Position numbers and translations under genes: made by a program. Below the pieces are notes generated by a model. It saw only the letters and a list, made by a program, of their open reading frames with translations, did no database searches and was not told the origin of the DNA. Shown here one piece after another: positions 13,100 to 23,490 of a stretch of 64,000 nt of DNA. The first letter of the stretch is position 1, and every line of letters starts with the position of its first letter. Source of the stretch: Gracilinanus agilis (Eukaryota); NCBI RefSeq assembly GCF_016433145.1, contig NC_058134.1:5477678-5541677 (forward strand), given 5' to 3'.

Positions 13100-13298
13100 T
13101 TTTTTTAACCCTTACTTTGTCTTAGAAATAGTTCTAAATAACAGTTCCAAGGGAGAAGAGAGATAAAGGTTAGGCAATGGGGATCAAGTGACTTGCCCAG
13201 GGTCATACAACTAGGATGTATCTGAGGCTAAATGAGTCCAGGACATCCTATTTCCAGGCTTGGTGCTCTCTCCACTGAGCCACCCAGCTGCTGCCCCA
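13100..13298 (-). mobile_element. Marsupial/opossum CORE-SINE
   Basis: 'tttttaacccttac...gggttaggcaatggggatcaagtgacttgcccagggtcatac...ccactgagccacccagctgctgcccc'. Confidence 0.85.
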
Positions 13299-13929
13299 GT
13301 TACCTCAACTTTATTCTTTGCCTATGGAAATATTTTTGCAGGCTTGGTTGGATCCCAAGATTTCATGGCTAGGTTGCTCTTGGTGAACTTGGTCATATCC
13401 ACAGGATCAAATATTCTTCTGTTAGAATCTTCTCAGCGTTCTTCGTAGAGTCATGGGGCTGGAGATCTATGAGTAGATCCTGTGTCTTACAGCTTCCTCA
13501 CCTGTTAAAGGGGAGTTCCGGAATCTCATCCCATGGAGAATCCTTTCATTCTCTAATTCCTAGTGGTTTAGATGATGCTGGAGAAAACAGAGATTCTTCT
13601 AAAAGTTTGGGGGGAACCAATCAACCAGATTCCTAGGATAAAGAAATTCCCTGGATGCAAGGATTATTGTTCTGAAGGGGGAACAACCCCTAGGGATCTT
13701 CCAGCCCAATCCTCCCATGTTACATAGAGGGAAATGGAGGTCCACAGAGTTAAGGCACCTTAGCCAAGGCCACAAAAGGAGCTAGTTGCAGAGCTGGCAT
13801 TCAGGCCCTGATTTCTAAGTACAGAGCCAGTTTTCTTACAAAATCCCACCCTCCATCTGCTTGTTGTCCTATCCAGGAAACCATATTGAAGACCATCTAA
13901 ATGTCAGGAAGAATAAAAAGAAAACAGTA

Positions 13930-14128
13930 TTTTTTTAAACCCTTACCATTCATCTTAGAATCAATACTGTGTACTGGTTCCAGTTCAGAAGATCAGTAAG
14001 GGTTAGGCAATGGGATTAAGTGACTTGTACAAGGTCACACATCCAGGAAGCATCTGAGGCCACCTTTGAAACCAACACCTCCTGTCTCTGAACTTGACTC
14101 TCAATCCACTGAGCTACCTAGCTGCCCC
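13930..14128 (-). mobile_element. Opossum CORE-SINE
   Basis: 'tttttttaaacccttaccattcatcttagaatcaatactgtgtactggttcc...ccactgagctacctagctgcccc'. Confidence 0.9.
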
Positions 14129-14190
14129 CACAAATTTATTTCGTTTTAAAAAAGTAGATTCTAGTGTTGAAGTCCCAAGGTGAGCTCATA

Positions 14191-14300
14191 CAGGATGTTC
14201 TCAAAGTCTTAGTGGCATTTTAGGCTACTAAAACTTAATTTGAAAGCATTGTTTGAGGCTATTAATGCTGAAAATTGCATTGCCCTTTGAGGACACCCTG
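14191..14300. mobile_element. Tc1/mariner-type MITE
   Basis: TIRs caggatgttctcaaag / ctttgaggacaccctg (near-complementary); left flank TA; short internal segment. Confidence 0.75.
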
Positions 14301-16329
14301 TCTCAACCCCAGATAGAAGCCCAAGGGGGTCAGAAAAGGGTTCTGGGGTGACGAGCACACAAGGTCTTGTGTGAGGGCAGAGCCCTCAAGCCACCCAGCC
14401 ACAGCAGTCACAGGGCCCATGTGACTTCAGCCCGTTGTGTGCTATTAATATTTTTAATAGAGAAACTGTTCTTGAATAATTCAGGGGGACTCATTCAAAT
14501 GCCGCACTTCTAGACTGAGGCCACAGGCTGGTAATAGGGTCCCATGCTGTGGGCTGAGTGGTTCCTCATGGCTTTAGCTCGTTAATGATAAGGCCTTAAC
14601 CAACAGATTATGCCTCAGCTCTTGAAGAGAATGCTGCTATTTTCTTTCTAAATCCTCTGAATATATTTTTAGGAAGGAGCTCGTTTATTTGGGACTTGAA
14701 GCTTCCTACTGATTCTGTACAATTAACACTCAACCCACTGCCTCAACTTTTCCCAGCCCTGGGATTTCTGTGGGATGGACACTCTCTTTGCCAGGGAGCC
14801 TTCTGGCATCTCCAGAGGTGGCTTGTGAGTGTCCACAGCCCTGAAAGCTCTCACCAGGTGGCTCGGGTCTGACGATGCATCCCCCTGACCTTGGCTGGGC
14901 TGCCCACCCCCTGACTCGGGGCCCATCCTTCCCTCTCTTTATAGAAATAGACTCAGGCCAAGAATGGAGAAGAGAATTCCTTGAGGTGCGAGATGGTGGG
15001 AAAGGCAGATCTGGGCTGACCCCCAAGTCAGCGTTCGGTCCATAATTGTAACCTCTTTCCAAAGAGCCTGGGCTTCATGGTGAGATTCTCTGAGTTAATT
15101 CAAAAGATGAACAGCTTTCAGAAGATTTGAGAAGACACCCTAAAACTCACAAAACCCAACCCACCAATTCTGAGTATACCAAGCTAGGTATGTGTTGGCC
15201 AAGAAGATCAGGATCTTCCCCTTCGGTGTGTCCAGGACGCCTGGGCAGTCAGTGTGGGGAAGCCTCTGGGCCTTTTCTCAGGATCAAATTTTTATATGTA
15301 TAAAAGAAAATACTTATCATTAACAAGGAAACAAATTAGCCCAAAAAAATGGTTATGCAAATAGCAAAATAGACAAACCTTTTCAGGTCCCCTTAGCCCT
15401 TGCCTGGGTGTATAAATATCCTGGTTCTGAGTTAGGTCTGGCACTCTGGGTCATGGCTTGGGCTGCAAGTGCAGAAGGAATCCTGAATCAGGGCAAGAAC
15501 GACACCTGGATGTTGGTCCAGAGTTAGCCAATGACCTTCACTGGAAACTAGGTTCCTTTCCATTAGGTTATTTGACATGGACTGGTCTAAGCTTAGTGAC
15601 TGACTCCCTGGCTGGACAGCTCCCTCCATCCTTTTCCAGTGGGTGACTCACTAAAGTTATCCATTGTAAAGGGGTTCAAGCCCAGGCATCCACCCAGGCT
15701 GATTGCACCTCCCTGAAATGGAAACCTCCACCAATCTAGGCCCATAGGGAGATGCAAGGCACCACCCACACAGCAAGCATCCAGGGGCTGGTGGATGATT
15801 GAGCTGTTATGACAGTAGCTGTTCCTCTGAATGAGACCTCGGAGGGCTGGCTGACTAACTGCACACAGGCTGGAAGTCTTGAAGCCTTGTTTGTCTCTAT
15901 TCCATCTCTCTGACAAGCCTGCATATTTAGCTGTTTGCAAATGTTTGAAAACCAGAGGAAATGGAGCTCAGAAAAGGGAACAAGATGGAGCCCTGTTTCA
16001 AAAGGATTTTCCAAGTGACCAGCCCTGGATTAATTTTTTTTTAACAGTCGTGGGAGGAAAAGAGTTTGTTGAGGATGGAGAGCTCTTTGCATAAATTTTA
16101 TTATTATTTTTTCCGGACATAATTGGCATTTATGCAATGCTTCAAAGTTAGTAAAACACTTTCCATTCACTATCTCATTTAGTCCTAATTAGGTCTTTGA
16201 AGGGAGCATTGTTACTATTTCATACATGAAGAAACTGAGGGAAATTGAGCCAACCCGGCTTCTGACCTCATTATCCAATGGGAAATACTTAAAGTTAGCA
16301 ACCGTCTCTTAATCACTCAATTTAGTGAT

Positions 16330-16865
16330 ATTTTCTTCATTCCCATCTTTCTTCACTTCGGTGCTGACCCCTTCTCCTCAATGTTCTCCCTTCTCTGGAT
16401 TTTCATGGCACTCCCCTCTCCTCATTCCTGCCTTTTCCTTCTCACTCTCCTTTCCTGGATCTCCATCTCCATTCTGCTCCCTAACCGTGATCGCTCCCCA
16501 AGTCTCTGTCCTGTGAGCCCTCTTCTCCCTTTATAAGATTTCACTTGGTGCTCTTGTCAGCTCCAGTGGGTTCAATGGTCATCTCTGTGCAGATCTATTT
16601 AACAGGTCTTACTCTCTCTCTCCTGACCTCCAGGCTTCAGTCTTGCATCAACAACTACCTCTTTCTCATCTCAAACTGGATGTCCTGTAGACTTCTCAGA
16701 TCCAACATGCCTAAAAGAGAACTCATTATCTTCTCCCCAAATAGTTTCATTATTCCAATGTCTTTGTTATCGACGAGGGCACCACTCTCCCTACTCTCTC
16801 TAGCCTTGTGACCCTGGAATCCGCAGTTCCTCACTCTTCTTCATCCTACATATTCAAGATTGTGG
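16330..16865 (+). mobile_element. L2 LINE 3' region
   Basis: Pyrimidine-rich L2 signature 'ctctctcctgacctccagg...caactacct...tctcaaactggatgtcc...ctcagatccaacatgcctaaaagagaactcattatcttc'. Confidence 0.9.
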
Positions 16866-16869
16866 AAGT

Positions 16870-18300
16870 CTTTTTCTCCTGTTTGTAGGAACTCTCTTCT
16901 TTTATGGTGCCATTCACTTAGTCCAACATGATGGATATGGAAATATGTATTGTATAATAACACGTGTGTACATAGATTTTCCATGTGCAATTATGTTATA
17001 TATGTAATATAGATGTTACTATGTTTATTTGTATTATCTATATCAAACCTCCTAACTTGGGGAGGGTGGAAGAGAATATGGATTGCAAAATGTCAGATAA
17101 TGATTATTAAAATTGTATTGACATATAATCTAGAATAAAAGAAAGTAAAAAGTAAGCAGTAGACTTGTTCACATACCTCCCCCATCAGTTGTGATCATTA
17201 GGAGATTGTCCACTCTTTTGTTGTCCAGGAGCTAATCATGGGAAAGTGCTTCCCTGTCAGTGCCTGTTGAATCAAATAAATCTATATCCTTTCTTTTTTT
17301 AGTAGATGGAAAACGGATTCATCTTTACTCCTACAATAATCCTCTCTGATAATTTTTTCTCAAAGATCATCAACAGTAGCTTAACAATGAATTAGAAAAA
17401 GAGATTGTTCTTGTTCTCGAATTCGAAGAGGAGGAGATGGCATATATTGGAGGGCTCAGAAGCAGGGTAGATGTCAGAGACAATCTGAATGCATCTTTGT
17501 TGGTGATGTTTCCTTTGTTAAAGGTGTATCTTGAGGCCTTTGCCCCATTGGACTGTGCTGCTGAAGAGGAGGCTGTGACTTCAGTACTTTTAAAGACGAG
17601 GGTAGGGTTGGGCAATCAGAAGGGTTCCTCTCCTAGATAAAGGATGAGGAGGTAGGTTGGTAACACAGCTGGTGGTATGGAAAACATAGTTACTCCTACT
17701 CTTTGGCCAATTTCCCCCAATTTTTCATGAACGATTTGCAGTCCTCTGCCTGCTTTGGCATCTACAGGTCTCAGTCTCCTTGGCAGAGAAGACCAAAACC
17801 GAGTGGAGGTGAGGATGGCTGCCCTTTCACCCATCTACAGGGCTTCTAGCCCTTTTCTGACCTTGACACCTACAGAACTTGAAGCCTTTGTCATCAAATG
17901 CTTCCTCTCATTCCACGCGGCAGCATTCTGGCTTTCTTCCTTCACGCCTGCCACAAGTGTAGATTCGTCTCCAGGGATTTGTCTTTGCTTTGGCCTTTTA
18001 GACCTGACTTTCTGTAAAGCTGTGCTGATTAATGAGTCTCCTAGAAAGAGCCTGGATGGATGTCAGAGAGGTTTGGGGTGGGGGGAGGAGCTGGGCATCT
18101 GCTGTTTGAGGAACTCCAAGCCCAGCTTGAAAAGTGTTATCACCAGATGGGCCACGGCGGGGCGGGGGATGAGGTTGTGATTTGTTCTGATGAGGGTCTG
18201 CCTATGGGATATTGGAGAAGTCCTGAGTCCTTGTAGTAAAAAAAAATGCAGGAAACCTGCTGCTGAGCAGCCTGTCACCATTTAGGGGTTACGGCATGCT
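16870..18300 (-). mobile_element. Putative ancient LINE 5' half: GDSL/SGNH-esterase-like ORF1 remnant plus start of an APE-endonuclease ORF2 (interrupted by an L1 at 16920-17152)
   Basis: One minus frame spanning 18281-17370 has only 3 internal stops and contains LFLGDSLI (GDSL 18041-18030), IPG, FWSSLPR (17798-17781) and IVHEKLGEIGQRVGVTMF. Downstream, with frameshifts: N.RGL (~17345), SVFHLLKKERI(D)IYLIQ (17317-17265) and GGG (17183-17175). Motifs recognised by eye only. Confidence 0.5.
16920..17152 (+). mobile_element. Short L1 3' UTR insertion
   Basis: 'tatatcaaacctcctaacttggggaggg...ggattgcaaaatgtcagataatgattattaaaattgtattgacatataatctagaataaaagaaagtaaaaag' with A-rich end. Confidence 0.8.
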
Positions 18301-18389
18301 CTACTTAATCAACGAGCACTTATCGAGAGCCAGCCCTGTGCTAGCTCCAACAATGATCCAGAAGTCAAAGGAAAGTTCCTTTGAGGTTA

Positions 18390-18540
18390 ATGCTGTTACG
18401 TCCATTTTACAAATGAGGAAACTGAGATACGAGTGACATGTTCATGGTCACATTGCTGCCAAGTGTTTGAAGAGGGATTTGGACCTGGGTCTTCCTGATA
18501 CCAAATCCTGTGCTCTATCCACTATGGTACACTGCCACTA
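18390..18540 (-). mobile_element. MIR
   Basis: 'ccattttacaaatgaggaaactgag...ggtcacattgc...ggatttggacctgggtcttcctga'. Confidence 0.85.
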
Positions 18541-18844
18541 AAATGTAGTGGAGATTCAGAGGAGACATAGAGTTGTTACACCTGTACTGCCCATGTCCCC
18601 ATCTACTCTGTTTCCTCTCAGACTGAATGTATTTGTAGAAACTTTCACTGAACTTTATAAACAAACCCAACTCTCTGTGGAGGACGACAGATGGGAAGAT
18701 GTGGGTCACCCACATACAGAATCAAAGAGCACATGGATGGCCATTGGCTTTTTAGAGAAATTGCCCATATTGATTGGGTTCTCGATCTATTGTGATCTGT
18801 TACTTGTATGGGCCGAGGTTAGATTTGGAAGTCTAACAAAACTG

Positions 18845-19070
18845 GGCAGCGAAGGGCTCTGGTGAATAGAGCACTGAGTCTGGAGCATGGAAGATCTGAG
18901 TTCGGATTGGACCTCAGACATTAGCTTTATGACTGAACAAGTCAATTAACTCTTCTTGCCTCAGTTTCTTCATCTGTGAAATCAGCTGGAGAAGGAAGTG
19001 TCAAATGAAGAACTTTTCTGAGAAAGTGCCAAATCAAGCCACAGAGTTGGACACAATGTGAACAACAACT
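18845..19070 (+). mobile_element. Mar1-like SINE (CORE plus RTE/BovB-like tail)
   Basis: Core 'cctcagtttcttcatctgtgaaatcagctggagaaggaag' and tail 'cacagagttggacacaatgtgaacaacaac'. Confidence 0.85.
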
Positions 19071-19169
19071 ATTCTGTGGTCTTTGTCCTGTAGGAGTTTG
19101 AAACCCACAGGAAGAGTCAACATTAGGTTTACTCATGTCAAACAGAAATATAGAGAAGTATTCATTCCA

Positions 19170-19440
19170 ACATGAGACAGTCAGTCTAATAATATTAAGT
19201 ATCTACTATGTGCTAGACACTCAGGTTCTTTATAAACATTACTTCATTTGATCCTCTCTACAACCCTTAGAAGGAGAATTGTATCCCAACCTTTTTACAA
19301 TTGAGGAAACAGAGGCAGATATAGGTGAAGTGACTTGCCCAGGGTCACACAACTAGTATGTGTCTGAGGCTGGAGTTGGACTCAAGTTTTCCTTACTCCG
19401 GGTCCGATACTTTAGTCCCTGGGCGCCCTTAGCAGCCTGA
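19170..19440 (-). mobile_element. CORE-SINE / MIR with L2 tail
   Basis: 'tattaagtatctactatgtgctagacac...gaggaaacagaggcag...gtgacttgcccagggtcacacaactag'. Confidence 0.8.
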
Positions 19441-19859
19441 AAGCATGAGGAGTGAGCTATCAAAATCGATAGCTGACATTTTTGCTCCTTTGAAAAGCAT
19501 TTTAAACTTAAATACTTAAGGAAGCAGGGAGATGTTGGAGAGGGCTAAGAGAGATGGGAGAAACTAGAGGAAGAGCTGGGAGGAGTCCTGTGAGGCCACA
19601 GTTTGCTACCAACAGGCATGGGTGGAGGGGAGCAGCTGGAGATTCTAGCTATCAAACTTTTGTCTTAGAACAAGTGGCGACTTCCCAGAACCCCAGGATT
19701 CTTTCTGAAGTATAAAAAAGCTGCTATAGTTTGGCCAACTCAATCCACTAAACACCTTGCAACTATTTCCCATGCAGTGCCAGGTGGCAATGCTTCCCTG
19801 GCACGTTCTTGGGAAGACAAGCTCAATCAAGTTGGGGGACTTCCCAGTTATTGCTGTTC

Positions 19860-19990
19860 AATTTTCTCCTGTTAGATCCAGTCCAATCACTCTCATCTGC
19901 CAAGGGCTAACTGCCCTTCTGCATGTCAGTCCCCTCTCCGACATTTGTGTCATCTGTGCATTCAACAAGGCTGATATCTAGGCTTTTGTC
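19860..19990 (-). mobile_element. CR1/L3 reverse-transcriptase fragment
   Basis: Antisense 'catttgtgtcatctgtgcattc' translates to E-C-T-D-D-T, a decayed K-F-A-D-D-T-K motif; flanks have CR1-like composition. Confidence 0.55.
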
Positions 19991-21132
19991 TCTCTATGTC
20001 ACCCTCATGGTCATGATAATAATAACCAGCACTTTCATAGCACTTTGTGCCAGTTGCTAAATTTTGGTTGGCCTCAACTCTCTCATCTGTAAAATGGGGA
20101 AGTTGAGATTATGTACCTTCCTTGCCATACAGGGATATTTCAAAGGCAGTTATCTCCAAACCTTACAGAACCTTGCCATTGTTTTCTCTGTATACACCAC
20201 TGGATCAGAGAATAGCTGGGGGTGTTGCCTAAGAGTCAGAAGGCAGTCTTTCCTCTCTGAGGGAAAGAGGCAGCACAGGGGCCTGAGTTGAGGGCTGCAT
20301 TTGGGGACAGGAAGACTTGCACTGGCATCCTGTCTCAGGCACTTAGGGCTCTGTGATGCCAGGAAAGCCCCTTCACTTCTCTCAACCTCAGTTTTCTCAT
20401 CTTCTTCCAAGGCTTGACTTGGTGACTTCTGAGGTCCCTTTCGCTCTTAGCTCTCTCTCTAATCTACAGAGACGGAGTATTGTGAGGTAGGCAGAATACC
20501 TAGAACAGAAAGCCAGGATACTCTATGAGCTTTTATCGAACTCCTCTTTCAATCGTATCCCCAGCACCTCCCATGGCAGCTTTTGTAGATTGTCTCCATC
20601 CTTCCAGCCACCCTCCAAGCTACTGGTCTAGACACCCTCAGGATTTCCTTCCTTTTCTGAAGTTACTGAGGTTGATTGCCAGGGCATGCACTCGCAGATG
20701 GAATTTTCACACTGGGAGTTCCCCATCCCAATGAAATCACAGATGTAAGGAGGATAAACAAACGGGATTGCTCTCCTTGTTGGGTGTCTGTGTCGGGTTA
20801 TCTTCCCAGAAAGCTCCAGATGTTTCTCCTCCTGTGCGTCTCCTGCATTTCTTCTGCCTTGCAGATGGAGAGAAACACCAACCGACTCACTGATGTCATT
20901 GTAGAACCCTGGACTCCAAAGAACCAGAAGCCTCACAAACTGTTCTCATGGGCTAATTCACACATTTCCTTTGATAAACTTTACTTTCATAAACATTGCT
21001 TCTTGCCAGATATGGCTCTGAGCTGGAAGGAGATGCAAACTCACTGCAAATGACTCAGAGAGAGTGTTGCTTCAAGAATGCTCTGCCCCAAACCCCAGCC
21101 CTGGCATGCCTTATTCATAGAAAGCTCAAGAG

Positions 21133-21135
<3 letters not shown>

Positions 21136-21177
<42 letters not shown>

Positions 21178-21214
21178 CTCGCTCTCTCTCTCTCTCTCTC
21201 TCGCTCTCGCTCTC
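21136..21214. repeat. (CT)n microsatellite with CG interruptions
   Basis: Read directly from the sequence. Confidence 0.98.
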
Positions 21215-21285
21215 CCATGTATGAACTGAATAGAAATGACAGCAGTCCATGGTATTTCAAAGTTAGGAAAACCCTTAGGAAACCC

Positions 21286-21487
21286 TTTTTTAAACCCTCA
21301 CCTTCCATCTTAGGATCAATACTGTGTATTGGTTCTAAGGCAGAAGAATGGTCAGGGCTAGGCAATGGGGGTTAAGTGACTTGCCCAGGGTCACACAGCT
21401 GGGAAGTGTCTGAGGCCAGATTTGAACCTTGGATCTCCCATGTCTTTAGACCTGGCTCTCCATCCACTGAGCCACCCAACTGCCCCC
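21286..21487 (-). mobile_element. Young opossum CORE-SINE
   Basis: 'ttttttaaaccctcaccttccatcttaggatcaatactgtg...ccactgagccacccaactgcccc'; flanked by aggaaacc/tctt-like direct repeats. Confidence 0.92.
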
Positions 21488-21868
21488 AGGAAACTCTTGC
21501 TTTAAAAATAAACATCCCTTAAGCAAGCCATGCTTGAGAAAGAACTTCATCTCTGAAACACTCCCACAAACCAGAAATAGGTTGACTTATTTTTCCCCTT
21601 AAAATCTACTCTTCTAATTTGAAACATTGTCTCATGGATGTGGAAAAGACCTTATAGCTGATCCTATAGCCAACTTTCATTTTACAGATGAGAAGATGGA
21701 GACTCAGAAAGTCCCAGACCTCTCAGCAAGCAAACATCAGGACCAGATTCAAACTCAGTTCCTCCAACTCCAAATCCAGTATTTTTGGCACCTCACCAAG
21801 TTTTTATAATGCCTTACGAATGCTCCCATTTCTCTGGGCTAAGAAACGTCTGCTTTCAAGATGAATAT

Positions 21869-23395
21869 TGTAATCAGCAACTTCTGGGAAGAAGGTGGAG
21901 ACCAACTTGACTGACAGATCATCAGTTATAGAATTTAGAATTTGCCCAGATGGCATGAGCCAAGGCAAAAGACAGTCGCTAGCACCACTATGAAAGCCCA
22001 GGGGCGGAACCCTCCAGGGTCTCAATTTTGAGAAGGGTCCCTGGTGGTGAGGGTGGGTAGACCTATAGATCTGCAACTCCAGCATCAGGACCTCATTGCC
22101 TCAAGCAATCAGTTCACCTGTTGCTGATTAGGGCTGAGAGATACACATCTAACATCTACCAAGAAGATGATCACAAGCCCTCCTTTTACCTGGTCTAAGC
22201 CATGGCCGGGCCTGACCAGGGTCTGTGAGGGAGAAGAACCTCTCCAGCCAGCTGCCCACTTGTTACTGATTAATCAGCCTATTCTGGCTTCCATAGATTT
22301 AGCTTAGCCACCCCCAACACCACTTTCCTTATCCTGGACTTTACCCCTCTGAGTTTATAGCATTAAACCCTTGAACCCATTTAAGGGAAGACTGGTACAT
22401 TCCAAGAGCAAGTGGATAACGCCATCCAAAGGGGAAAGAGGATTTTATCAAAATCGCAGTCATTGGCGTTATCCAACCCAATCATTATCCTTATCATAAT
22501 ATATCCTTATCCATCATAATATCCTTATCCACCAACCCAACCCCAAGCCAAGTAACCAGAGGAGCTGTGTGGGTCAATATGCAGCTTCTCATCGAATCAC
22601 TTAGGCTTGGGCACTGTTTGTGGGGTCAAGGGCTTAGCTGAGCTGAACATTCATGAGCCTTGGTGGGTACCAGCATACCTTGGTGGCCCTTCAGGCATCC
22701 CTCTCCTCACCAGCTTAGATCCATTTGCCATTTAGGATCTTGGGCCACCTTCATCAGGCCCATCCTACAGAAGCACCTCGCCACCCTGTATAACAGTTTT
22801 TGGCATAGCCAAAGGGAATCAAAGCCTACTAGGTGTGGGAAAGATGGCTCCAGCACGGTTCTCATTTATTGCTAATTTGCTCATTTGGTCTGTGCCTCAA
22901 GGGGTTAACTTTGGTTAGAAGTCATACCTGATTATTGCCTCAAACTACTACTTTCCTATGACTCATCCAAGTGGCTGGCAGTGACAATGGCAGAGTTTAT
23001 ATCCTGCCTGCCTACAATGCGAGCAATAATGATATCTAACGCAAGGACCGTGGGGCACCAAGAAAAGCACAAGGAATATATAAAGCAGCTTGTAGAGATA
23101 AACAATAAGATAAGAGAGGGCCAGGTCCTAGGCTCACACACCATTAAGCAGCTCGAGGTTATGGAGAAATCCCATGACCAGGCTGCAGCAAACCCTCCCA
23201 AAGCCACGGCAACTTCAAAGACCACCTCTGTCAATGATAGATAGAAACAGAACCGATTGGACCCAATATAGTCTCTTTGTTCCCCATAGTGGACCAGCCT
23301 CATATTAGGCCAGAAGGGAATAGAGTCCACTTGAAAACCTACAAGGCTTTCACAGCCCAGGATCTAGAGGGGTTCTGTGGGAAATTTGTGAGTTT
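21869..23395 (+). mobile_element. ERV relic: probable 5' LTR (21869-22462), leader, decayed gag (MA to start of CA)
   Basis: TG...CA-bounded 594-bp segment with ATTAAA at 22362, followed by TTGGCG (PBS-like start). Track ORF 22981-23244, then a frameshift to SLFPIVDQPHIRPEGNRVHLKTYKAFTAQDLEGF (23274-23375), which resembles the retroviral CA N-terminus (FP...Y.(P/S)F...(D)L). Confidence 0.55.
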
Positions 23396-23490
23396 ATAGA
23401 GACGATAACAAAGTCCATTTTTGAAGGAGGGTAAAAAATGGATACTGACTACTTTTTTTGCCTGACTTTAAAGTCTAACTAAATTTTAAA
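23395..23490 (+). mobile_element. CR1/L3 ORF2 fragment
   Basis: 'caaagtccatttttgaaggagggtaaaaaatggatactgactac...cctgacttt' resembles the CR1 segment encoding 'PIFKKG.K.DPGNYRPVSLT'. Confidence 0.5.

Noticed and set aside
17160-17480. Resemblance of a minus-frame translation to the Sp100/HSR domain or filovirus VP30/VP35
   Set aside because: Needed inconsistent gaps; the APE endonuclease motif order and spacing explain the same bases better.
17437-18180. Plus-strand ORFs (67 aa and 141 aa) over the 17-18 kb element
   Set aside because: They are the codon-aligned antisense of the minus-strand fossil frame, and the recognisable motifs are on the minus strand.
17620-18240. Reading of the fossil ORF1 as a fish-type L1 ORF1 (RRM/CTD)
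   Set aside because: Motif spacings were systematically 4-18 residues too long and esterase spacing fit better. Not fully excluded without an HMM search.
20996-21365. ORFs with SLSLSL or ERERER runs (also at 63421-63713)
   Set aside because: Translations of (CT)n/(GA)n microsatellites.
22470-22560. C/A-rich stretch resembling a mitochondrial insertion (NUMT)
   Set aside because: Explained by a local tandem repeat (atcataatatccttatcc); no continuous mitochondrial-type reading frame.
22820-22900. KMAPARFSFIANLLIWS resembling bornavirus N (KLAPRSFPNLASAAFYWS)
   Set aside because: A short isolated match; flanking bornavirus N motifs are absent or out of order, and it lies in the ERV leader/gag start.
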